Shown here piece after piece: positions 38,799 to 50,596 of a stretch of 64,000 nt of DNA (position 1 is its first letter; every line of letters starts with the position of its first letter). Origin of the DNA: Dicyema japonicum (lineage: Eukaryota > Animalia > Dicyemida); the NCBI GenBank assembly GCA_011109175.1, contig RDEW01000049.1, positions 245,377 through 309,376 on the forward strand, in the 5' to 3' direction. The notes below the pieces were generated by a model. It was not told where the DNA came from. It searched no databases and was given only the letters and a program-made list of their open reading frames with translations. Position numbers and translations under genes: made by a program.

Positions 38799-40274
38799 TT
38801 AAAGAATATATCCCAAATCCAGTTTCTTCTTGGACTTTACCTCATAAATCCCATCCAGAAAGTCAATATGATAAATTGTAGTCTGTTCTTTCCGTAAAGC
38901 GATCATCCCCTAAAGTAAACACAGTCCCCACCGCCTCGATGCAGACCGCTCTGCACTGTGAACCGTTAAAGTCCTCCGTGGCCCTCGCTAATTCATGGAA
39001 GTTGACATCATCACTGGTTTTACCCTAAAGGTACCCTACAGTCATCTTCCGAGAGTGGATCTGCATTATCCTCACCCTCGCCTCCTCATTCGGGTTTGGG
39101 AACTCAATTTTCTTGTCGAATCTCCCAGATCTCAGCAGAGCCGTGTCCAGGATGTCCACTCTGTTGGTCGCCGCGATCACCTTGATGTCAGCATTAGGCT
39201 GGAATCCGTCCATTTGCGACAATAGCTCAATCATGGTCCGCTGAACCTCCCGGTCCCCAGTTTTCTCGCTGTCAAACCGTTTCGTCCCTGCCAATAAGAC
39301 AGTCCTCACCAATGGCGTCTAATTCGTCTATGAAGATCACCGCCGGTGCCTTCTCCTTGGCAAGATTGAATGCATCCCTCACCATTTTGGCTCCGTCCCC
39401 AATGAACATTTGCACCAATTGAGGACCAGCCAGCTTCAAGAAGGTAGACTTTGTTTGAGCAGCACAGGCCCGGGCCATCAGTGTTTTCCCGGTCCCTGGG
39501 ACTCCGTACAATAGGACCCCTAGGTTTCGCACAGAAGCTTACCCTTGGGCGGTTCTATTCCCAGCTTCTCAAAGTTCTCCCGGTGGTCCATGGGCAACAC
39601 CACAGCCTCCACCAGCTCCTCAATTTGCTTATCTAGTCCCCCAATGTCGCTGTACTCCTCCGTGGGGCGCTCATCTACCTCCATGGCTTTCACGCGAGAG
39701 TCGTACCTAAGGTTACAAAGGACACCAACTCATGAGGAAGTTTCTCCAAGATTAGGTAGCTGTCCTTGTTCACTCCCTGAACTTAGAGTCCCCCTTACCA
39801 CTAGGTCGTCGGGCCTAAGGTCATCTGGATCCACGAGACCGATCACTGGAAGAAAATAGGTTTGTCGGGTCGACGTCTTCACGATCGCACATTTTCCACG
39901 TCTTTGAGAATCAATGTTCACGTTGGCACCTTCCTCCTCACAGTCATCGTTGTCTACGTCGAAAATCAGGAATATATAGGATTTTGTACCTCAGTCACGT
40001 TGGAGACCAAATAAGGGAGGATCTTGTTGACTTTTAATTTCTCTTTACTCTCTTTGGTCTTCCCCTTCATGTGTTTTTTGTCGTATTCAATGGTTTGGAG
40101 TTCGGATTGCAAACACTTAGATTTATACGGTTTCTTACGTATATTTCGTCCTCAATCAGCTTAGTCCAACTACGGATCTCATCTGTGGGGAGGTTGAGCA
40201 CTTCTTCGTCGCCCAATGGTAATTCCTAGATTTATTAGTAAAATGACAACAACGTCCATCCCCTGGTCATCCAT
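38799..40274 (-). CDS. PSMC3: 26S proteasome ATPase Rpt5; 10 exons, 9 introns of 21-23 nt (first could be 22-28), one GT-TG
   Basis: [63 protein letters not shown] and LRSGRFD; C-terminus [10 protein letters not shown]. Confidence 0.95.
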
Positions 40275-41129
40275 TTTAAATATTTTATTTAATTTTGAAT
40301 AAAATTGCGAAAATATTTAATATTTTTGTTGTTTTTTTATCTTCGATATTAATTTCTGTCATTTTAATTTTAAAAATTATTATTTTTCTTATTTTTGGTT
40401 TTTAATAATAATAATCGACACAGAGTAAGTTGGAAGTTTTAAAAAACCCATCTCTCAGACTACTATTGATGGCGGAAAAGAACTCGCTACTAGGGAGAAC
40501 ACTAAACGTCCCCCCCAATCATAGTATACCTTACGGAACGCCATCGGTTCTTCCTCAAGATGGCAAAGTCCCTTAACCATCCCCTCAATTCTGACATCAA
40601 ACTATATCTGGATGCCTGCTCAAGATACGAGAAGCGTTCCATGACTCGTAAACTGGTATGGACACCGGTATCACTTAATTAGAAGATAACCCTTATCCTC
40701 TTGTGATTTAGGGGTTAATAAATTAAATTAAGATTATTTAAGGGGTTTCTCGGTTATTCCCATTGCTTATAGTCTGCAGCAGGAGATCACCTCTCTATTA
40801 ACTTTAACTATAACAGTGGGTCTACTCTATGAACTCTTATAATAAAAGAACGACGTAGGCATTGGAAGCCGGTGGGAACTTTGGAAATATTTAAAGGTTC
40901 CTGAAAGATTCAAGTCTGGTTTTAAAAACTGTGGTGATCAGTTTATCTTTGGAGGACTTTGAGGATCAGTTTGTCTTTCTTTGGTTGACTCGAAACAGTT
41001 TTGTCTAACTGTGGAGATAGTCTGTTTAGGGGATTGTAGAATCAGTTTGTCTTACCATTGTTTTTCCGGCACCTCCAGTTTAATAAATTAATTCCTAAAA
41101 GACAAAATTTATTTATTTAAAACAATTAA

Positions 41130-41405
41130 GGAAACTCGTTCGCAATCCACGCAGCAGGCTTCCTCAACTGACATTTGTTTAATTGTTAAAAAATGTTATT
41201 TTGTAAAAAAAACAATTAATAATTAATTTACACAGCCATCCATTCAAAGTGATCCCCGTTGACATTATCGATGTTGCGTAGCCTCTCACGATTGCAACAG
41301 AGATCAACTGGAAAAGCCACCGGGTCTCAGGTGCGTCCTGGGATTTTAGTGTAGCTAGGCATCCAAGTTTCTTTAGGAAGCAAGGCGACTTCCCACTTAT
41401 TCCTT
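41130..41405. mobile_element. Two short CRE-like 3' fragments in opposite orientations
   Basis: 41130-41170 matches 21000-21050 (+); 41240-41405 matches 62100-62250 (-). Confidence 0.65.
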
Positions 41406-41619
41406 CATAATGCCTTTTATTAAATTAAAAGACATAATTACCGGTTGAATTGAATTAAGTATTAATCAAAGATAATAATAATTTCAAAGCTAATCCCCCA
41501 AATACAAGGAGCCATATCTTTATTCTTATAATACGCGGGAGTGATTACAGATAAACTATTATCCATTATCCCCCAACCAAAGATTCCAGTCAATTCCTTA
41601 TTCTTCCCTACTCGTCTCG

Positions 41620-41810
41620 ACGCACATGCACCAAAGGGCATGATTCAGGTTGTCACAGTGCCAGCTTAGACAAAGGTCCGGCCCACGTGAACCGAAGGAC
41701 ATGTTTCAAGGTTGTGACAGTGCCAGTTCACAAATGGTTCCGACCCACATGCACTGAAGGACATGTTTCAAGGTTGTGGCAGTTCACAGAAGGGTCCTAC
41801 CCACGTGGTG
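41620..41810. repeat. About 61-bp minisatellite, 3-4 units, alternating CACATG/CACGTG
   Basis: cacrtg at 41623, 41684, 41746 and 41802, most followed by ...gaaggacatgtttcaaggttgtg-like sequence. Confidence 0.75.
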
Positions 41811-42056
41811 ACAGAATTAGCTTGTAAATAAGTAACCTTAGTGAAGTCGAATTAAGTAGCACTTAATACTAAAACAAATTATAAGCAGGATTAGCGTAAT
41901 TAATTCACTATTATTCCCATTGCTTTATTATTTTTGTGCAAATATGCATACTTTAATGCTATTATCAATGACAGCTGTCATTCAATGAGTGCTTAAAACT
42001 GAGAAAATATTAAATATTAAAAATTAATGTGATGAATGAAACTAGAATTAGTATAT

Positions 42057-42999
42057 TTACATTTCTTCTCCAATATCAACTCTTTGTCTCTTGTTGGAGA
42101 CACACTCGGTCGTCTTGAATTACTCAAATTTGTACCTCGTTGGTGGTGGTCTCGCTTGAGGATCTTTTCCCACCAGACTCGGGAAATAGCTTCTTTAAAA
42201 TCATCCTCTCTTTCTTCCACTGAGAAATCATCTGATTCGAACTCGTCTTGTTCATTCCTTGAGGACTCCCCGATTGGGACGATTCAAATTCCAGGGATTT
42301 GTAGCCGTCGGATCCAAAGTTCGGCTTGAAGGACTTCATTTTCATTTTTATCAAATTGTCAAACGTCTCCAATGGGGATAGCGAATTTGGTGGACCCTCA
42401 GTCTCCTTGAATCGACACTCTCTATTCTTCTTCCTCGCTATTGCTCCGTCATTTTTCTCATTTTCTCGGTCATATTTAACGACGTCTGAATTCACGCTGT
42501 AATAGTCCACGTCTGTCCCCAAATGACCGTTAATGTTAACACAGCCGGGATTCTGACAGTTTAGGTTGCATTTTTCGGAATTTATATGATAAAACTTGTC
42601 CCCCGCCTTTGCATACATGGGAGTCATATCTGTATTCCTATAATACACGGGAGTTAAATCCGCATAGTAGTTATTGTATCCATAGTCACGAGGTAAGAAA
42701 TCTGAATGGTAGACGTCCTTGTTGAGTCCGAGTCCAAATGGTGGATCAAATTGCCGGTCGTCTTTGGGATCTTCAAAGTATGTGGTCAGTTTTGGGAGCA
42801 TTTCCCGGGAGTCAATACCATTTGGATGGTTCACAGCGTATATGTGGTTATAATACAAGTCATGTGGAGAGTAATATGACAAAACGGAACTATTCTGTTG
42901 GGTAATAGACGACTGGTAGTCCTCATAGGGGATCTCCACATCATAGTCAAGAGGATCAAAAGAGAGTCCTGAATTGTCCGTGGGTTTCGTGCATGACAT
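42057..42999 (-). CDS. Orphan Tyr/Asp/Asn-rich low-complexity protein, 2 exons
   Basis: Long open frame from ATG 42999 (in-frame ORF extends to 43089). A 22-nt GT-AG intron near the end extends the C-terminus to TTECVSNKRQRVDIGEEM*. No recognisable domain. Confidence 0.6.
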
Positions 43000-43404
43000 G
43001 ATTGAGTAAATCTCTATAAATAACGCTGAGAATAAATGCTTATATAGTACGCCGGTATACATGCCTTTCGCATAAAGCTCAGCTGGCACTTGGCAACCAC
43101 ACGTAAGGCTTTCATAAACTCGATAATAGGAATAAAGAAAACTTAATTGGATTACTTTAATTAAGAGAGCTTGTCAGCGACCATCCACCGTATAATAGTA
43201 CGTGGTCAGTTAAAAAGAATATTAGGCACGATAATGCTAAAGTACACAGCTTCGGTTATAATCAACAAACCAGAGAGATGCTTTAAAGTGCGGCATACTT
43301 GTGTTTTATATTACCGACGTTGCTTCACAGACGGCGTGTCAAATGAACTGATTATGCATAGTGCACCATATTACACGTTAGAGCACCAGCTGGCCTCTCT
43401 AAAA

Positions 43405-43645
43405 TTAACAACTGCTCCCCAATGGTACTCCCCACAGGCAATATTGCTGCAAACAACTGCTCCCCAATGACTCCCCACTAGCAATATACTAAAAAACAAC
43501 TGCTCCCTAATGACACGCCCCACAGGCAATATTACTCCAAACAACTGCTCCCCAATGACACGCACCACAGGTAATTCCACTCAACTGGTGCAAACCACTG
43601 GTCCCCAATGACGCTCTCCACAGGCAATTCCACTCAATTGTCAAC
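43405..43645. repeat. About 45-bp minisatellite, about 5 units
   Basis: acaactgctccccaatga...ccacaggcaat repeated at about 43408, 43453, 43496 and 43541. Confidence 0.8.
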
Positions 43646-45929
43646 TTCCAAGGAGACTTAATAATAATACCCTCGTTAAAAATGAAAAGGGACTGATTAA
43701 GCCTAGTAAATAAATTAATTACCTTTTTATAAATAGTTCTAATTGATGACAATAATAGCACAATCTATTCTTAGGGGAATGCTACTAAAGCTGGCCCCCT
43801 ATTAACTGTGATTAAAATAATTTTAATTAACGCTTCATCCAATTATAGTAGATTCCCTTTAGTGTGCCTTCATTCCACTCTACATGTTCTTCACGTGCTT
43901 AGTGGGGGATAAATTGGCTTGGTGGGCAACAAAGCATTAATAATCCTGACAATTATCTTAAGCCACCATTCAGATGTTTAAAGCTTAATTTCCTAGTAGA
44001 CCATCAAATTGGCTGAATTATTTAAAATCTTCCAAATTAGCATTTCAAGTAGAACTCGATGAGGGCTCCACTTCATGCATATTGGAATGTTGTCAGGCGT
44101 GTTTAGATCTGTTCAAACCAGTAAGTTGCAACCTCAGGATCACTATTTCTCAAAGGCCCTGGAATAGGAATCCTTGAGTGAGTGTGGTCCTAGTTTGGGC
44201 ATGTGGCATATTTGTGTACCTCCATAAATTCATTTTATTTACTAACTTGCAATTCCAGCAGAAATGTTCAGGAGCCACAAAACAGTAAAGTTGACGTTTG
44301 AACGAGTTGGCAGTGATTTGTCAACTTGACAGGCTTTCAATCATTCTTAAGCGATTAACTCGAAATGTTATTTTTCCACTGAAAAAATTACCTGACTCGT
44401 ATCATGCTAATATGGTCAATCATGGCTTCAACTTATTGAGATTGGTTATATTAGGGGATCTGGGATGTCCTTGTGACAGTGAGAGGTCCACCAAATTCGC
44501 AATCAGCTGAGTTCAGTAAATCCCCGATGCAAAAAAGCCAAACTGATTGGTTCTTAACAGAAATGAGAAATCTCCATGGCAACTGAATAGATCCCCTCCA
44601 AAGTCAATACTTTTATGAAAAGGGACAAAAAGTCAAAATCTGTTTTATGTCTATGGTTGATGCTAAAGTCACTGGCGTGGGACGCCACAAGTATCGACTC
44701 CCTTTTTTTATCAACATCTTTAAGAGCGTGGTAAATGCATTATCCCCCGTAGAAAATGTGAAGTCTAATGAGGAGGAAATCGATGGCTTCTCGATCGGTT
44801 TACGTTCCGTGCAATTGCTGTCAGACAACAGGAGGTCAGCAGAAAGTCTGTTTTTCCGGAAAAGACTTGAATGTCTGGTTGTACTAATGATCCATGACGT
44901 CCATGTAATCCAAAGGTTCTCCCAGTTGATTCGGTACTCCAAGTACTCCCAAGATCACAAAGAATGATCCAGAATCAGAGGAAAGGGAAAAAAGATGTTC
45001 GTAGCATCTGTGGGAATCCCCAAGGAAGGATCCAACTCTGTGAGGACTTTGATCCACCTTAATAACTTCTGGAACATGAAATATGAAGAGGAGTCTTACA
45101 CCAGGGGAAGTCGAANGGTACTCCAAGTACTCCCAAGATCACAAAGAATGATCCAGAATCAGAGGAAAGGGAAAACAGATGTTCGTAGCATCTGTGGGAA
45201 TCCCCAAGGAAGGATCCAACTCTGTGAGGACTTTGATCCACCTTAATAACTTCGGGAACATGAAAAATGAAGAGGAGCCTTACACCAGAGGAAGTCGAAC
45301 TTATGAATGTGCTCAAGTTAAATGTTTGGCCTTTTTTAACTGAAATTCAATTTCCCACCAAAAATCTATTAATAATAAAACATTGAAGGTACCATCTAAA
45401 CAATCGGGAGAATCATCACAATAGGGGGAATGGATAACCTTGATTCGGTGTTAATCAACTCCTGACAGCTAGTATATCCGGGGGTTATTAAATAAATCTG
45501 TAGAAGGGTTCTTCGACGAAGGTCTCATGATTACCCAGCATAGGCTTCTATGGGAATTGATGCGATTTTGGAAATGCGTAATTTTCGTCCCCCAGTAATA
45601 TAAAATTGCACTTATTTGTCTCCTGTGTTGCCTAATTTGTCTTATTTTTTAGCAAAAAACTCTTAATTAAAAGCTTAGTTCTATCACGTGTCTATGGTCC
45701 ACGCATGCAACAGTTGATTGGTCAGTGCATGAAATATGCGTGTTATGGTTAAGAGGGAAAAAAGGTGAGAAAAAATTTAAATATTTTTGTGGTAAAAAAA
45801 TAGGGGAAATAAAGAGTAAACAAGAACAACGCAAACATCTATCTATTACTGGGAGTTTTTATGAAGAAATTAAAGATTTCTGAAAAAAATTTTACAAGAT
45901 ATTGCAGTTTAATAATTTCCGAGCCAAAT

Positions 45930-46015
45930 ACTAGGAATCTCAAGTTCGAATCTCACTGCTTTCAACTCGGTAGGGGAGTTCACTCATCTACGATGCTTCT
46001 GAATTTACGAGTGAC
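45930..46015 (+). mobile_element. SINE family A 5' fragment, cut by the n at 46016
   Basis: agttcgaatctcactgct...catctacgatgc...acgagtgac matches the head and core of 59979-60242. Confidence 0.55.
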
Positions 46016-46559
46016 NCTAAAAAAACAGTGTTAGAGAGCCGCAACACTAACTGCATTGTTATTCTACTCTAATCGCTAGCGCCTTCTGCAAGACTTCTAA
46101 GTGGGCTTAGATTAGGTTTCCATGTTTTTTGAAAAAGCTTAGGAAGACTGTCAGATGGCTGCAGAGATTTTTACAAAAGAACGGATTTTAGTTTACTCTC
46201 AGTAATCAGCATACTTTTTGCGCTGTAATACCTCAGACTTACCAGAGTTTGAGCAGGAATGGCAGGGCTCTAGGGAGCATGTTTGAAAGGAAAATGTATT
46301 CGCAGATGACGTCCTAGAATTAGGGTTTCAATAGAAAAATGGTCATTTCACTTGGACCTTTTACGTCTCACCTACAAATCCCGTCGAGGTGAGCATAAAG
46401 ATGAAACCAGTTGACTAGCTCAAATTTTACGGTACTGGGAAACTCTTACTTGAAAGTTAACAACAAATTATTAATTAGATTATTAATTCTCGAAAGTTCT
46501 TATAATATTTTTCACTATGAGCACATCTCAAACAAATACCTCCATTCCCATTACGATAT

Positions 46560-46830
46560 CCACCCATTGGACGGAGAAATAAGAAGTAACAGATGGGGCT
46601 TATTTGGTCACATCTTGAGAATGGACAAGAATATTCCTGCTAATCTCGCGATGGAACACCACTATGCTCCTCACCCTGGATCGACTTCCTGAGGAAGACC
46701 GCTAATCACTCTATCAACCCTTCTACATCAAGACCTAACTTCGACTGGGAAAGGGTTGACGTCGGGAGATGACCTTGAACACCTGAAGGACCTATAGAGG
46801 AGCAGAGGGAACTGAAAGCGATTAACAAAA
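46560..46830 (+). mobile_element. RTE LINE 3' fragment
   Basis: RWGLFGHILRMDKNIPANLAM...GRP..TL...DDLEHL, same family as 58905-59400. Confidence 0.75.
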
Positions 46831-47230
46831 AGGATCCAGGAGAGCCAGAAGAGGGTGGCACAACTTTACTAACGTTGTTTTGCGGTGTACTTATTAATAA
46901 TAGCTTTGAATTCATAATTATCATATGAAATTTTTCATTGAATATGGTTCGCACATGCCTTATCAACCATATACATAGGGTATAGCTTTGAATTCATAAT
47001 AATCATATGAATTTTTCATTAATATGGTTCGCACATGCCTTATCAACCATATACATAGGGTATAGCTTTGAAACCACGTAATTAAATTTATCACATTCGG
47101 CATTGCTTTGAGATGCACTTAACAGAACCATTCAACCAACACAAAAGCCTAACAAGGTCACTAACAAAAGCCACAAAGGTAGCAACCAAAAAACAACATA
47201 ATAAATTATTGAAAATAAAAACGTTCTAAT

Positions 47231-48295
47231 TCATCCAATTCGTTGTTTCTTCTTGTCAACCCAATCATAGCGACCGTCATCCACTAACCCTCTGTTCAGA
47301 AACAGCACCTTGAACAATTGCAGTAGATAACAGTAATCTGGGGTCTCATCAAACCTCAGACAACGGACGTAGTTCAGGTACACAGCAAACTCGTTGGGGA
47401 TCTGCTGACACAGAGACTCCACAGAAGTCGAAATCTTCTTCTCACAGATCCTCTCATACTTCTGTTTCCGGTCCTTGGCCTTCAGACCCTGCCACGGCAG
47501 GTCCCCCCGCATCAAATACACCAACAGGTACCCCAGAGATTCCAGGTCGTCTCGTCTACTCTGTTCGATTCCCATGTGGGCGTTTATGCTGGCGTACCTA
47601 GCCGTCCCAACGAGACTCCTGTTGTCCCTGTAGGGAATGTGGACACCTGACGAGTTAGCGAATTTCTTTGACAGNAGGTACCCCAGAGATTCCAGGTCGT
47701 CTCGTCTACTCTGTTCGATTCCCATGTGGGCGTTTATGCTGGCGTACCTAGCCGTCCCAACGAGACTCCTGTTGTCCCTGTAGGGAATGTGGACACCTGA
47801 CGAGTTGGCGAATTTCTTTGACAGGCCAAAGTCGATTACGTATACGACTCTGTGGAGACGTCCATTTCCCATGACAAAGTTGTCTGGCTTGATGTCCCGG
47901 TGTATCATGTTCTTGGAGTGGATGTACTCGAGACGGGAAATCAGCTGCTGCGCCAACATCAAAACGGTCTTCAAAGAGAAGGTACGGGAACAAAATGTGA
48001 ATAGATCCTCAATTGAGGGTCCAAGTAGGTCCATGATGAGAATATTGAAGTTACTGTTCCTCGTAAAGCCGATAACATTCGGTATCCCTTTCTCTCCCTC
48101 CAGGCATTTGTAAATTTTATACTCAAACTCCAACTGGGGTTGTGAAGTGATACTGTTTTCCATTTTGAGGGCAACCTCCTGCCCGTTTATGATATTCAGA
48201 CCCAAGTAGATCCGCCCAAATGAACCACTTCCAATCTTTTTAACGAGTTTGTATCTGTTTGCCACTATAAAATTCAGTTTGTCCACCTCATTCAT
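47231..48295 (-). CDS. CSNK1A1: Casein kinase I, alpha-like, intronless (about 305 aa after removing the n-joined duplication)
   Basis: [50 protein letters not shown] and LPWQGLK; short C-terminal tail as in CK1-alpha. About 147 bp duplicated across the n at 47675. Confidence 0.88.
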   Translation of the reverse strand: MNEVDKLNFIVANRYKLVKKIGSGSFGRIYLGLNIINGQEVALKMENSITSQPQLEFEYKIYKCLEGEKGIPNVIGFTRNSNFNILIMDLLGPSIEDLFTFCSRTFSLKTVLMLAQQLISRLEYIHSKNMIHRDIKPDNFVMGNGRLHRVVYVIDFGLSKKFANSSGVHIPYRDNRSLVGTARYASINAHMGIEQSRRDDLESLGYXLSKKFANSSGVHIPYRDNRSLVGTARYASINAHMGIEQSRRDDLESLGYLLVYLMRGDLPWQGLKAKDRKQKYERICEKKISTSVESLCQQIPNEFAVYLNYVRCLRFDETPDYCYLLQLFKVLFLNRGLVDDGRYDWVDKKKQRIG

Positions 48296-49744
48296 AATTA
48301 GATGCCAAAAAATATGGATTTAAAAATTTTTAAATTATTAAAATTTAAAATTATTCGCTTTTTAAAAGTAATTAAAACATTTTTGGAAGGGTCTCCTCTC
48401 TAACACTTTTGGAATCCCTAATCCGTAAGATGACTCCGTGTCATGAGTGCCGAACAAAACCCTGATGGTTCATGGTTTGCTGCTGTACATTACGGCTGAA
48501 GGTTCCACACATCTATGATGCTTTGAAGAGTGACTCCGTCATCAGTTGACCAAAATGTGGTCTCTGCTGGGATCTTTTGATCAGTTAATTTGGTGTTACC
48601 GTGGTCTTGAATGTTCATTTTATTCTAACGAGGAAGTACTCTGAGATTAATGTTGTGGTAAAGTCACCCTTTCATCACAAGATCTCCTTTCCGCGTTTCT
48701 GCTATACGTCCACTATTTTGCTGGTCACTAACGATTGAGTTATTTGGCCTAAGCTCAAGATGAATTGTCGAAATTTTGAGTCTGACGTCACGTGGCATGA
48801 TTTTGAATGTGATTTAGTAGAACTTTGGTATATTCGAGTGGTAATTTTGAAAGAATTGTGGTCCCTGGGTTCGATTCCAGCTGGAGACTTAATCCAAGGG
48901 TTCTTGTCCTTTACTCAGTTTCTTTTCCTCATTCCTTCATTATCTTTGAATCTATCTGCCTTATGAGCCCAGTCCCAGGATATCTTAAAAAAGTATCATC
49001 CTCCTCCTCAATTTCATTGACTTGTATGCTTCCTCTAAATGGAATGGAAGTGGTAATGTTGTCATCCTAGGAGTTCAGGAAAAATCATTATCTTTGAATC
49101 TATCTGCCTTATGAGCCCAGTCCCAGGATATCTTAAAAAAGTATTATCCTCCTCCTCAATTTCATTGACTTGTATGCTTCCTCTAAATGGAATGAAAGTG
49201 GTAATGTTGTCATCCTAGGAGTTCAGGAAGAAAACTGTGTGATTGAGATGGTTCGTCTGAGCAGTAGGGCTGTCATTATCAAATATCGAATTATGCCTTA
49301 ATAATACTGATTTCATGAAATTTCCATATTTACCATTGCATTCCCCCAATTCTCATACGGAGCTATAAACCAAGTCCACCCAGAATCAATGAAGAAAAAG
49401 ACAATGTCTTTAGAGTTGTAGGACCCCTCCAATGGAGTTGGAGTGAGGAAAAGATCATTTTTGCGTCAACCTGAGATCATAAAACCCAAACCGCTTTCCT
49501 CCTTATATGCCACCTGATCTTTGATAGCAAAAAAGGTGGGACATCAGAAAAGAGGGATGGCCGATCGAACGCGGACACTACATTTGACACCGATAAGTGA
49601 AATAACTGTTTCGTACAAAATTGAGAAATAAAAATCAGTAGGCAGTTAACTTCCCCAAGAAAGATTTCCTACGGTAGCTGACTTAAAAGTCATGTGCGTC
49701 CTAATAAAGTTATAAGGTAATATTTTTCATATTAAAATCAAAAA

Positions 49745-50596
49745 TCACTGAGAATGCCTAAGAGTAGTGGCAGGCTGTCTCGATTGCAACCCATAATAAG
49801 CAGCCGACAAAAGTTGATTAGAATACCCCATCTGCTGGTACGCCAACTCATCCATAGTGGCTCGACTGTAACCTCCGGTATCCAACTTAAACGCAAACTG
49901 GAAGAACAGCTGCTTAGAATAATGATTCCAATGAGTCCAAAATGTCTTGTAGTCCTTGTCCACCTCCCTACTTGGCACCTTAAAAGCTATCGTCTCATAA
50001 GGCTCCGCAGCAAAGAGTAAGTACTGCCAGGCCTTGTCTGGAGGTTCCACCCGCTGCTCGTAGGCCGACATAAATCGGTGTCTCGGGGAGATCCCGTCCA
50101 CAATTTCGGGGTAATCTATCTGGAACAACAAGCTCTGTTGCCCAGTCTCTGGGTCTCTCTGTTTGGTCACTAAAAATTAAAAGAACTCTTCACCCTTGTA
50201 ACCAGGACGCCCTATAGTCACGAATTTTCTGATTTCCACAGGCATTTGTACCACTGAAGGCATGGGAGCATCCACCTGAGAGTCTTTGAAGGCTCTCTCA
50301 CCACTAAAGTAAAAGGATCGTGGTTACAGGTTCGCCTGGTGCTTTTTCCCCTGAGTGTGAGTGAGGTAACTGGCCTCATTGGAGTGGATGGTTAGGCAGA
50401 GTTTGCATTCGAAGGTCCCCAGGTGATTTTTCATGAAATAGGGATCCTTTAATGGTTGAAGAAATTATACCTTGTCTAAGTCAATAGTTTCCATTGCAAG
50501 AAGTCGAAGTCTCTCTCTTCTGTCTCTGTTGGCATCTGAGGCACTAGCAACTCCACCAGATCCAGTGTTTGCGCCTGGACGATGTTGGAAATCCAT
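49745..50596 (-). CDS. SF3A2: Splicing factor 3A subunit 2 (SF3a66, U2 snRNP); 4 exons, three 24-nt introns, about 259 aa
   Basis: MDFQHRPGANTGSGG, DPYFMKNHLGTFECKLCLTIHSNEASYLTHTQGKKHQ and PRHRFMSAYEQRVEPPDKAWQYLLFAAEPYETIAFKVP. Confidence 0.95.

Noticed and set aside
47528-47822. Apparent internal 49-aa repeat in CK1
   Set aside because: It spans the n at 47675, the copies are near-identical (one synonymous difference noticed), and it would disrupt the kinase fold; assembly artefact.
48825-48890. tRNA-like segment with GGTTCGATTCC
   Set aside because: No complete cloverleaf (acceptor and D stems do not pair); at most a degenerate SINE head. No intact tRNA gene called in the window.
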